62,003 bases of DNA, taken from a virus (Duplodnaviria > Caudoviricetes). Shown piece after piece: positions 1-7,878 of the stretch (the first letter of the stretch is position 1; every line of letters begins with the position of its first letter). A program made the position numbers and the translations under genes. The notes under the pieces were generated by a model. The model did no database searches. It was not told the origin of the DNA and was given only the letters and a program-made list of their open reading frames with translations. The stretch lies in the IMG/VR virus record IMGVR_UViG_3300017754_001794, positions 1 through 62,003 of that record; one strand, 5' to 3'.

Positions 1-123
1 TGGCGACGTGCTGCAGGCGGTTGATGAGGTAGCTGCGGGGCACGTATCCTTTTTGCCACATGGCGTCCGGTATCTTGTGGCTCGCCGCTGGGCCTTCGGT
101 GAAGTATTGCTTCAGCACCAACA
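1..123 (+). repeat. 123-bp exact terminal direct repeat, copy 1 (assembly circularisation overlap)
   Basis: tggcgacgtg...ttcagcaccaaca is identical to 61881-62003 and lies inside the primase-helicase CDS. Confidence 0.95.
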
Positions 124-2272
124 GCGCCTTCTTGTCCCGGCTGCTGTCGCCCGCGCCCACGTCGCCGCTGTCCATGCGCTCTTGCATCATGGCAATGTCG
201 CGGCGCACAACCGACAGCGCCCACTCTACGTGGTGCGCCTGCACCAGCGGATTAGAGTAGTCGTCGCCCACGGCCAGCAGCGCGGCAATCCGGTACACCT
301 TCAAATGCGCCCGGCTCCACATCTGCCGGCGCGACTCCTCCAGCGTGGCGTTGATGGTGTCGTCGCACTCAATGTTGAAATCGTCCAGCAGGGCAGCAGC
401 CGCAGCGTCGCGCTTCACCCGTATGTGCTGCATGGCGAGGATGGTGTTCTGCGCCTTCTCCACCAACTGCGCGCCGTACTGCACCAGCCCAGGGTCGAAG
501 GTAAGCACCGGGTCGTTGACCAGCCTGGGGCGCGTGCCTTCGTAGGCCACGACGGTGAAGCGGCTGAGAAAGCCGTCCTCCATCATAGACTCGGTCAGGC
601 ATTCGTAGAACGTGCCCGGCGTGGTCTCGCCGATCATGCTGTACGCAACGCCCGCAATGCTCTCAACGTTCTTCTCCTTGTCGCTGTACTTCACCCCGCC
701 TAGCACGCTGGTCGCGCCGGACTTCTGGTACAGATTGGTCATCACCGTGCGCAGTTGGTGCAGCGGCCCGTCCTTGCCGTCCTCCTTCGCCAGCCGCTGC
801 AACTTGCGGCCCCACTCGCCGGACACGTTGACGAAGCTGGGGTTGACGGCGCAGTCCTTGGCAAGGCTGACGCCGCTGGGGTAGTCGGCAAAGGACACGA
901 AGCGGAAGGCGTTAGGCGTGATGCGGCTTAACTGCTGGCTCCAGGTGCTGATACCTGTGTGCATGGCCTCCTTACCGACACCGCTGCGGGCCACAAGCAC
1001 GCAATACAGGTTGAGCCCCGAGCCGGGGATGTTCCACGCCTTGCCCGCAATGCCTGCCATCCAGCCCAGGGCGGCCACAATGCTGACCTCACGCACCGGG
1101 CGGAAGCTACCGTCGTAGATAGCGCGGGCCAGCGCACCAACAAACCCAGGGGGCCACGGGGTGCCGCCGACATCAGCGTCAGCCGCTACGGCCACAGGGG
1201 GCGGCCCAGGCGGGCGCGCAGGGGGCTGGGGCGGGCCACCGGCACCATACAGGGCCATACCCTGCGCCGGGGGCACTGGGGCGACGGTGGTGGCCGCGTG
1301 GCGGCTGGCTGACACCACGGCTGCGGCCTGCCGATTGAATTCCTCCTGGGCCAGCGCTTGGCGGGCTTGGCGCTGGCGGCAGATGCGGATGGTGAGGTTG
1401 AGGTAGCGGTCGTCCTTAATAGCCTTCTCTCGCATGCCCAGGCCGGTGAGGCGGAACATGCGGCGGCATTGCTCGTTGGACTTGCTGTAGAAGGTGAACA
1501 TGGACATCAGCGACAGGTCGGCTTCCGACTGGCTGGGGTAGTGGTACTTCTGCCAGTTGCCCTCACACAGGTCGCGGAACTTGGTGGCGTTGTCCGCAGC
1601 ACCAGCACGGCGCCACAGCTCGTCATCAGGCTCGCTCGCGTCCTCGTCCATCAGGTGCGCCATCTCCGCCGCATTCTGCGCCCCGCGCATCTGCCACACC
1701 ATATTCGCAACCACGTCCATGCGGTCCACGATTGGCATTGGGATGAGCATGCGGCCTGTTGTGGCTATGAACCGCTCTTGGCTGAAAATGTCCACGTTGT
1801 CGCGCTGGCACCCCTCGCCAATGTTGGCACGGACCCAGATGTGTGCGCCCTTGCCGCTGCAACTGCTTTCGGTGAAGCTGTTGAGAGCCATGGCGATGGC
1901 GCCGAAGCGCTGGCGGTGCTCCTCCGTCGTCCACTTGTGCGGCCTGTCGGGCTCGTTCTCGGGGTCCTTGGCGTCCAGGACTACGCAGCAGAAGGGGTCG
2001 GTGGCCGTCAACACAAAGCCGATGCCGAAGCCGAAGTGCACAGCGGCGGCCACCGCTTGGTCATACGTCAGCCACTGGCGCCTGTCAACGCTGCTGGCCG
2101 CATAGGGCTTGCCGAAGCCGTCCAGTGACCCAGGGATCTTGAACAGGCCCTTTGCATTGGGCATTGCCAACAGCCATTGCGGTAAGTCCCGCATCTCCTG
2201 GGGCATGTTGGCCCAGGTGCCGGGGTCGCCGCGTAGTGGTGTGGTGTAGGGTTGTCCGTCTGGTTGTGTCAC
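1..2272 (-). CDS. NrS-1-like primase-polymerase fused to a P-loop helicase/NTPase (DUF3987-like); 5' part, continues across the origin to 61723 (about 809 aa)
   Basis: Absent from the ORF track because it runs off the end. Manual translation from GTG at 2272 (GTGA overlap with the upstream stop) gives MTQPDG...MPQEMRDLPQW...GIGFVLTATDPFCCVVLD...SCSGKGAHIW (prim-pol), YPSQSEADLSL...RMFRLTGL (helical bundle) and LVARSGVGKE (Walker A). Same frame as ORF 61723..62001. Confidence 0.88.
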   Translation of the reverse strand, partial: MTQPDGQPYTTPLRGDPGTWANMPQEMRDLPQWLLAMPNAKGLFKIPGSLDGFGKPYAASSVDRRQWLTYDQAVAAAVHFGFGIGFVLTATDPFCCVVLDAKDPENEPDRPHKWTTEEHRQRFGAIAMALNSFTESSCSGKGAHIWVRANIGEGCQRDNVDIFSQERFIATTGRMLIPMPIVDRMDVVANMVWQMRGAQNAAEMAHLMDEDASEPDDELWRRAGAADNATKFRDLCEGNWQKYHYPSQSEADLSLMSMFTFYSKSNEQCRRMFRLTGLGMREKAIKDDRYLNLTIRICRQRQARQALAQEEFNRQAAAVVSASRHAATTVAPVPPAQGMALYGAGGPPQPPARPPGPPPVAVAADADVGGTPWPPGFVGALARAIYDGSFRPVREVSIVAALGWMAGIAGKAWNIPGSGLNLYCVLVARSGVGKEAMHTGISTWSQQLSRITPNAFRFVSFADYPSGVSLAKDCAVNPSFVNVSGEWGRKLQRLAKEDGKDGPLHQLRTVMTNLYQKSGATSVLGGVKYSDKEKNVESIAGVAYSMIGETTPGTFYECLTESMMEDGFLSRFTVVAYEGTRPRLVNDPVLTFDPGLVQYGAQLVEKAQNTILAMQHIRVKRDAAAAALLDDFNIECDDTINATLEESRRQMWSRAHLKVYRIAALLAVGDDYSNPLVQAHHVEWALSVVRRDIAMMQERMDSGDVGAGDSSRDKKALLVLKQYFTEGPAASHKIPDAMWQKGYVPRSYLINRLQHVA

Positions 2273-2508
2273 GCCGCACCTGCCCCCGTTTTGGAGAGCT
2301 TGGTGATAGCGGCATCAAGCACAGGGCCGCGCTCCCACAATCGGGGGCCACCCTCGCACAGCACTGCCCCAGGTAGGCGGCCAGTATGAACGGCTTTGTG
2401 CAGGCCGACGCGGCCCATGCCCAGGCGACGGCAGAGCTCGCCTGTGGTGATGTATTTGGCGTCAAAGCGCTCTTGCGCCGCTTTGTCGTGTGCGTTAACT
2501 GTTGTCAC
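2269..2508 (-). CDS. Small AlpA/excisionase-like HTH DNA-binding protein
   Basis: YITTGELCRRLGMGRVGLHKAVHTGRLPGAV...RLW pattern; translationally coupled to the primase. Confidence 0.65.
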   Translation of the reverse strand: MTTVNAHDKAAQERFDAKYITTGELCRRLGMGRVGLHKAVHTGRLPGAVLCEGGPRLWERGPVLDAAITKLSKTGAGAA

Positions 2509-2598
2509 GTCCGTGTTCCTTATGCCCTCGGCCCACCGTTACCCGCTGTAGGCATTGCCCTACGCATGGCAGCGCAGTATAGCCACAGGCCGGGCTAA

Positions 2599-2961
2599 TC
2601 ATAACGGCTGTTTGCTGGTCTGTTCGAGCCTTATTCCAGCACGCAGCAGTTTGTCCAGGTTTACACGTTGCCTGACCGCCGTCTTAGCGAACTGCTGCGC
2701 TGCGTCGATTTGCACGGTAAGGTCATCAATCTGCTTTTGCAGTGCGGCCAACGACGGCACGTTTTGCACCAACCGCGTCATTTCTTCGCGGTCTGCTGCG
2801 GCCTGCTCGCGGCGCAGCCGATTCTTGCGTTCCACAGCCGTTTCGCCTGGGTGTACCGGGTGGACAAAGGGGCGGCCGACTGCGCGCCTAGGCTGGGGCT
2901 CTTGATCTGCGAAGTCGAACTGCGGCTTAACATTGGCCGCATCAAATTGGTCTAGCTGCAT
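2599..2961 (-). CDS. Hypothetical protein (basic GRP motif plus coiled coil)
   Basis: ATG at 2961 follows a CAGGAG RBS; MQLDQFDAAN...RRAVGRPF... Confidence 0.6.
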   Translation of the reverse strand: MQLDQFDAANVKPQFDFADQEPQPRRAVGRPFVHPVHPGETAVERKNRLRREQAAADREEMTRLVQNVPSLAALQKQIDDLTVQIDAAQQFAKTAVRQRVNLDKLLRAGIRLEQTSKQPL

Positions 2962-3029
2962 GGCTGGCTCCTGGTGTGCGGCAATTATGCCCGGTCGCAA
3001 TTAGAGACAGTGGGGTAAGAACAAAGCAC

Positions 3030-3265
3030 TAGCTCTATTATAAAATATTCCCCTATTGTACCCCCCCGACGGAGGCCCTGTATATAGCAATTAAGCGCAT
3101 TTTTCCCAGTACGTCCTTAATGCGCATAATCCATAATTGATTTACAGTACCGGAATAATACATAAATAATAATATATACTCTATATACCCTATGGTAGCC
3201 CATTATTACCGTTATTGTTGCCCTGCCAGACCGTCCCTAATTAGTGTGCTGAATTATGCCTATTT
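3030..3265. other. AT-rich non-coding segment at the divergence of the two arms; candidate replication origin or divergent promoter region
   Basis: Runs such as tattataaaatatt and ataatacataaataataatatatactctatata in an otherwise GC-rich genome; adjacent to the primase operon. Confidence 0.55.
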
Positions 3266-3763
3266 CCGACGGCGCCGCTACTGGGCATAATGCCGTAATT
3301 GCCGCCCGCCAACGGCCAGCCCGTGGACGCCTTGCATGTGGTTACACTAGAACACATCGCATTATCAAACACCATTGCCGCACAACTGGCATATACTGCA
3401 GGCACCGCAGCAAGGCGTGACACCTACTGCGGGCAGTTGATAAGTGATAGTGGATAAATGATACGTAGAGCAGGCCCAGCCCTGCACGCTTTGCCCATGT
3501 GCGTACATACATGGGCACAGGCCTCGCCCTGGGAACGTGCATAGCATGCAATGTACGCTGTCCTAAGAGCGCGGCTGTGGTGGCCTAGCGTAGGTTCGTC
3601 CGCGCTGGGTCGCCTGGGTGCCTGCCGTTAGCCGTACAGGGCGCGGCGGGCACACCCTTACGTCCTACACCTGGGCCGCATATCGCCGTCTGTTCGCCAG
3701 TGGCGGCAGCGGCTGCATAGCCCAGGTGCGGGACACCCTTGCCGGCTGCACCAAGGACCAACC

Positions 3764-4018
3764 ATGCCTTCAATCCTTACACCCGAACAGGCCCGTGCCT
3801 GCGCTAACGCCATGTGCGCGCTCAACCCTGTTCGCGGGCGCATCGACGCCAACCTTGACAACAAGATCCACGTCTACGAGGTAGCTAACGGGCTGGTGTT
3901 CGTTGCCAGCCTGCTGGACAGCCAGATCGAGCGCTACACCGGGCAACCGCACTTCTGTGACGCGCACGGCCTCGACATGCGACAACCTGTGGTTAAACGA
4001 GCTGCCGGCACCGTGTGA
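3764..4018 (+). CDS. Hypothetical protein (paralog of 6419..6694)
   Basis: AAGGA RBS; ILT...ALN...ERY...F..A.GL pattern. Confidence 0.7.
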   Translation: MPSILTPEQARACANAMCALNPVRGRIDANLDNKIHVYEVANGLVFVASLLDSQIERYTGQPHFCDAHGLDMRQPVVKRAAGTV

Positions 4019-4200
4019 CCATGTAGGTCGGTGGCTGCTCAGCCATGCCTGGGTGTGGCAGCGCGTGCAAGCCTGGGCCGACGCAGCCCCGGCAGTCCTA
4101 TGTGAGCCCCGCAGCCCGTGCCCGCTATTGCGTGTGGCATGACAGGTACAGCAGCGAATTAGACGCCGCCTATCGGCCCGCGTCTAGCCGATAGAAATCT

Positions 4201-4270
4201 TTGCTGCGTTAGACGGGCACAGCCGTCTGTTTTGTTGGATACTAGAGGCACACCAACACAACGCAGCAGG
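4201..4270 (+). promoter_or_regulatory. Putative promoter/leader: -10-like GATACT followed by AGAGGCACACCAAC, within a long inverted repeat
   Basis: The same TAGAGGCACACCAAC follows CATAA on the - strand at about 43556-43575; tgctgcgtt/aacgcagca arms. Confidence 0.5.
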
Positions 4271-4278
4271 TAAACTAA

Positions 4279-4614
4279 ATGAATGCAATCGGCACCTTCT
4301 ACACCGCACTAGTTATGCTGCAAGACCACTTTGCAGAGCTGCCCGGCAGCACTAGAGACAAGGCTGCTTTTCGCATTGACGGGCAGGTTGGCTGCGTGGT
4401 GCGAAAGAACGAAGAGGGCTTTGTGTGCGTAGCCTTGGCGTGGGAAGACCGCCCCGGCGTGTGGTTTGCCATGGGAGACATGGAAGATGCAGTGCGTAAG
4501 CCGGCCCTGTTTAAGATGGGCGTTGGCTACAGCGGCGCACGCAACGACGCTAACTGCAGCAACGCCGATGTGCTGGCATACGCACAGCACCTGTGCAAGT
4601 ACGCAGCCGTTTAA
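4279..4614 (+). CDS. Hypothetical protein
   Basis: ORF downstream of the promoter motif; coding-like composition. Confidence 0.7.
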   Translation: MNAIGTFYTALVMLQDHFAELPGSTRDKAAFRIDGQVGCVVRKNEEGFVCVALAWEDRPGVWFAMGDMEDAVRKPALFKMGVGYSGARNDANCSNADVLAYAQHLCKYAAV

Positions 4615-4655
4615 CACCAACAGGCCCGGCAGCGGGCCATTCCTAAGGAGCCACC

Positions 4656-4874
4656 ATGGTAGACCAACCGGCGCAACCGCGCGCCACAGTAACCGTAGAC
4701 TGCGACGCCCTTGTACAGGTGCTGAACGCCCTGAACGGGCACTCGCACGAGATCCGCGAGCTGCAGGTGACGCGCGGCCTGCACAGCCTGGGCGGGCAGT
4801 ACGCCAACCCGATCGAGACGCTGCTGGCCGAGGTGCGCCCGCAGTTGGAAGCCATGAAGCAGGCAGGAGGCTGA
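4656..4874 (+). CDS. Hypothetical protein
   Basis: AAGGAG RBS; tightly packed with neighbours. Confidence 0.7.
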   Translation: MVDQPAQPRATVTVDCDALVQVLNALNGHSHEIRELQVTRGLHSLGGQYANPIETLLAEVRPQLEAMKQAGG

Positions 4875-4875
4875 T

Positions 4876-5181
4876 ATGCTGTACAAAGTCCAAGCCGTTC
4901 AGCGGCGCGTGGTGCCTGCGCCCGATAACCTGCCGCCCGGCACCTGGGCAAGTGATTACGCCCAGTCGCGACGCCTCAAAGACACGCCCTTCTTTACTGA
5001 AGAAGAACTGGCCCGCGCGTGGTGCCAGCACATGGCTGACCGCGAGCTGCGGTGGCACTTGTCTAGTGACGGTTGCACAGCCGCCGACAGTTCCTCGTTC
5101 TTCTACATCACCAACGTGTACAGCACAGTCAACCCCGCAGCAGGCTCGGCCGAGTTCGGTGGCTGGTACAAGGGACGCTGA
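4876..5181 (+). CDS. Hypothetical protein
   Basis: GGAGG RBS; abuts the previous stop. Confidence 0.65.
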   Translation: MLYKVQAVQRRVVPAPDNLPPGTWASDYAQSRRLKDTPFFTEEELARAWCQHMADRELRWHLSSDGCTAADSSSFFYITNVYSTVNPAAGSAEFGGWYKGR

Positions 5182-5182
5182 T

Positions 5183-5584
5183 ATGCTGACGACAGCCATC
5201 TTGCAGCGCTGTGACATCCGCAGCCCAGGCCGCGCCGCCCAAAGCAGCGACGGGAACCTGCGCGTCTTTGCGACCGAGCAGGCCCTATTCGCAGCGCGTG
5301 GCCGGCCTGTGGTCATCCTCTGCCATAAGGAGGCCATGGTGAAGGCGTGGCAGAACAATACGCCCGGCGCTGCATGCTTTACCGTCGACTGCTGGCGCCA
5401 CATGCCTGAGCACGAGAAAGACCGGACGGCGCTGGTCTTGGTGGCCGACGTAGGGCCTAACCTGCTGCAGGCAATCGGCCCGTACCTGCATGCCATGCCG
5501 CAGGAGGTCTGGCTTATCAACAATCCACTGCCTACGCCTTTCCCGGCAGAATGGGCACACCCTTACAACGCAGAGGCAGCATGA
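5183..5584 (+). CDS. Hypothetical protein
   Basis: ATG at 5183 (MLTTAILQRC...); ATGA overlap with denV. Confidence 0.6.
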   Translation: MLTTAILQRCDIRSPGRAAQSSDGNLRVFATEQALFAARGRPVVILCHKEAMVKAWQNNTPGAACFTVDCWRHMPEHEKDRTALVLVADVGPNLLQAIGPYLHAMPQEVWLINNPLPTPFPAEWAHPYNAEAA

Positions 5585-6030
5585 CCCGAATTAACCTTGT
5601 CCCGCCCGAAGAGCTTACTGACCAGCACCTGTTCGCTGAGTTCCGTGAGATTAAGATGATCCCTAAGTCTCTGGCGCGCAGCTATGCCGCTGCGTTGCGC
5701 AACAATGACGGCAGCGAGTACAAGGCGCGCATTGCCGTGCTGGACAAGGTGCCTGCAGAGTTCTGCCTGGGCAAGGGGCATGTGAGCTTCTTCTATAACA
5801 AAGGCGTTTACTTAATCCAGCGGTATGCTCTTATCCGCCGCGAGCTAGATAAGCGCGGCGTGCGGTACAGCAAAGACAGCGCGTTCGACCCTGAGCTTAT
5901 GATGTGGGAACACCCTTGGCACGGGTTCTACACACCCCGCGAAGCCGACCTGAAGCTGGTGCGTGCCCGCATAGCCGAGCGCATTGCCTTCCGGCCTGGG
6001 TGGTATCGCCGTTACGGGGTGCCAGTATGA
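5581..6030 (+). CDS. denV: Pyrimidine dimer DNA glycosylase / endonuclease V
   Basis: MTRINLVPPEELTDQHLFAEFRE retains T4 EndoV Thr2 and Glu23; also LGKGHVSFFYNK and RIAERIAFRPGWYR. Confidence 0.93.
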   Translation: MTRINLVPPEELTDQHLFAEFREIKMIPKSLARSYAAALRNNDGSEYKARIAVLDKVPAEFCLGKGHVSFFYNKGVYLIQRYALIRRELDKRGVRYSKDSAFDPELMMWEHPWHGFYTPREADLKLVRARIAERIAFRPGWYRRYGVPV

Positions 6031-6422
6031 GCGCCCGTGGCCGGGTGTCGCGGCCCTACCAAGAGCCCCACACCTTCCGCCGCTCGCGCTGGGGTGCTTG
6101 GGGTACGCGAGTAAACCTCTACCAAGCGGCCTTAGACGCCCGTAAAGCCCGCTTGCGGCGCGAGGCAAGGCTCGCCCAGCCCGGAGGCGAAGCAAAGCCC
6201 CAGGTGACGCGCGTGGTGCATGTGAAGGCCGGGCAGTGGTACAGACTGGTTGACGAGCATGGCCGTGAGTACGGCGAACGCCACCAGAAGTCACCTCACC
6301 CGCTGCAAGGGCACTTGGCGAACACCCGCTGCCGTGTGTGCCAGCCCAAGCCCCTGAGCCTGTACGACGAACTCATTCTGCAACGTAACCGCCTGCACCG
6401 GCAGGCCAAGAGGCAACCATGA
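6027..6422 (+). CDS. Hypothetical basic protein
   Basis: ATGA overlaps on both sides; Arg-rich; CxxC. Confidence 0.55.
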   Translation: MSARGRVSRPYQEPHTFRRSRWGAWGTRVNLYQAALDARKARLRREARLAQPGGEAKPQVTRVVHVKAGQWYRLVDEHGREYGERHQKSPHPLQGHLANTRCRVCQPKPLSLYDELILQRNRLHRQAKRQP

Positions 6423-6694
6423 CAAAGATACTGACCCGCGCTGAGGCGCTGCATTGCCTAGACATTGCTGCCCTGAACGGCGCGTCGCCTGCCGCACCTG
6501 TGTGCGTGGTGGAAGTGCGCTTCTTGCGCACGGACAACACCATTGCTACGGTAAAAGAACACATCGCACCGGGGATTAGCGTATTGCACAAAGAGGACAC
6601 GCATCACCCTGTGCAAGAGCGCTATCTCGACTGGGAAGACTTCGCCCAGGCATACGGCCTCACGTCGGGCCACAATACGTCCACACCAACTTAG
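6419..6694 (+). CDS. Hypothetical protein (paralog of 3764..4018)
   Basis: GAGG RBS; shared motif pattern. Confidence 0.65.
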   Translation: MTKILTRAEALHCLDIAALNGASPAAPVCVVEVRFLRTDNTIATVKEHIAPGISVLHKEDTHHPVQERYLDWEDFAQAYGLTSGHNTSTPT

Positions 6695-6702
6695 GAGGCG
6701 CT

Positions 6703-7275
6703 ATGCCACATGATTTCGACGAGATGCGTCGGCAGGCAGCGGGCGAAGACATCGACTACAGCGCAACCGCGCATAAGGCGCAGGGCTGCACCTGGGAAGA
6801 GCTCTTGCAGTCAGCCAACCCGCCCAAGGTGCAGCCGGGTGGCAGTCTGCATGCTCAGGTTGTAATGACGCCGCACATTGCGACCTACCCGCTGCACGAA
6901 GAACAAATCGCACTTATGAAGTCGGGCCGCTTTGCACCGCGCCAGTTGGGCGGCCTGCCCAGCGGCACAACCACAGGCCGCACACCGTCTGCCCATACGC
7001 CACCCATGCACCAACTGCCCAGTGATAGCCCTGGGGTGGCCTCTGTACGCGCTGCCATGCACTCGCAGCGCCTGGGCCGCGCGTGGGATGACCACATCGC
7101 CACAGCCATGGCCCGGCTGACTGCTGTGCATGCCGACAAGTACATGCTGGAGCGCAACCCGGACGGTTCGTACTGCCTTGCTGTCGACGCGCCGTCTAGC
7201 TCGCATGGCTGGGCCACGGTACGCGACTACATGACGCGCGAGCAGACGGTCACTTTGATACTGGCGCTGTTGTAA
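6703..7275 (+). CDS. Hypothetical protein
   Basis: AGGAGG RBS; 190 aa. Confidence 0.65.
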   Translation: MPHDFDEMRRQAAGEDIDYSATAHKAQGCTWEELLQSANPPKVQPGGSLHAQVVMTPHIATYPLHEEQIALMKSGRFAPRQLGGLPSGTTTGRTPSAHTPPMHQLPSDSPGVASVRAAMHSQRLGRAWDDHIATAMARLTAVHADKYMLERNPDGSYCLAVDAPSSSHGWATVRDYMTREQTVTLILALL

Positions 7276-7291
7276 ACCAAGGAGCAAGAAG

Positions 7292-7552
7292 ATGGACTTT
7301 GACAAAGCAGCACAGGGCTTCGCCCTGATCGTGGTGTGCGTGGCGTTCTACGCACTGGGCTACATGCGGGCCAATGCGCGGCGCGACGAACGGCCCATGG
7401 TGGAATGCCCGGCTTGTGGTCAAACGCAATTGTCACAGCGGACGTGTAGCTGCAAGGTGTGCAGCGCCTTGTTCGACGAAGACTGGCAGGCCGAAGAACA
7501 TGCTACAAAGCGGCCTTACATCAACCGCAGACAACGCAGGAGATCCTTATGA
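7292..7552 (+). CDS. Membrane-anchored zinc-ribbon protein
   Basis: N-terminal hydrophobic helix; CPAC...CKVC. Confidence 0.6.
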   Translation: MDFDKAAQGFALIVVCVAFYALGYMRANARRDERPMVECPACGQTQLSQRTCSCKVCSALFDEDWQAEEHATKRPYINRRQRRRSL

Positions 7553-7878
7553 ACTCGTCTAACTTTGGCGGCATCGATCTGTTCCAGTTCGCCATCTACA
7601 TTGCCTTCTATTTGCTGGGCCACTGGCGCGGGCGCAAGACTGAACGGGCTTGCCACGCACCGCCACCGTCGGGCAACAACGGCGACGTAACCGGCGTGCC
7701 ACCGCAACAGCTTGGGAGCTGGTTTGCGACGCATGCCCCGCAGCCACGTCTATCATACTGCCGCGATTACGCAACGGGGTTGTATGGTTGGGCCGGCTAC
7801 GGCAAGAGCGGCGACGGGCACGCCACCCTCGCCGCCGCAGCCATTCACGCACACGCAACCACAGGAATGAAATCATGA
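7549..7878 (+). CDS. Hypothetical membrane-anchored protein
   Basis: AGGAG RBS; N-terminal hydrophobic helix; ATGA overlaps. Confidence 0.6.
   Translation: MNSSNFGGIDLFQFAIYIAFYLLGHWRGRKTERACHAPPPSGNNGDVTGVPPQQLGSWFATHAPQPRLSYCRDYATGLYGWAGYGKSGDGHATLAAAAIHAHATTGMKS

Noticed and set aside
1-123. 123-bp terminal direct repeat as a biological DTR
   Set aside because: It falls inside the primase-helicase CDS, which reads through in frame, so it is best explained as an assembler circularisation overlap.
2269-2508. Excisionase implying a temperate lifestyle
   Set aside because: No integrase, repressor or partition genes were found; the HTH is coupled to the primase.
6955-6990. SGTTTGR resembling the PolA GTxTGR motif
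   Set aside because: Isolated short match with no other polymerase motifs.
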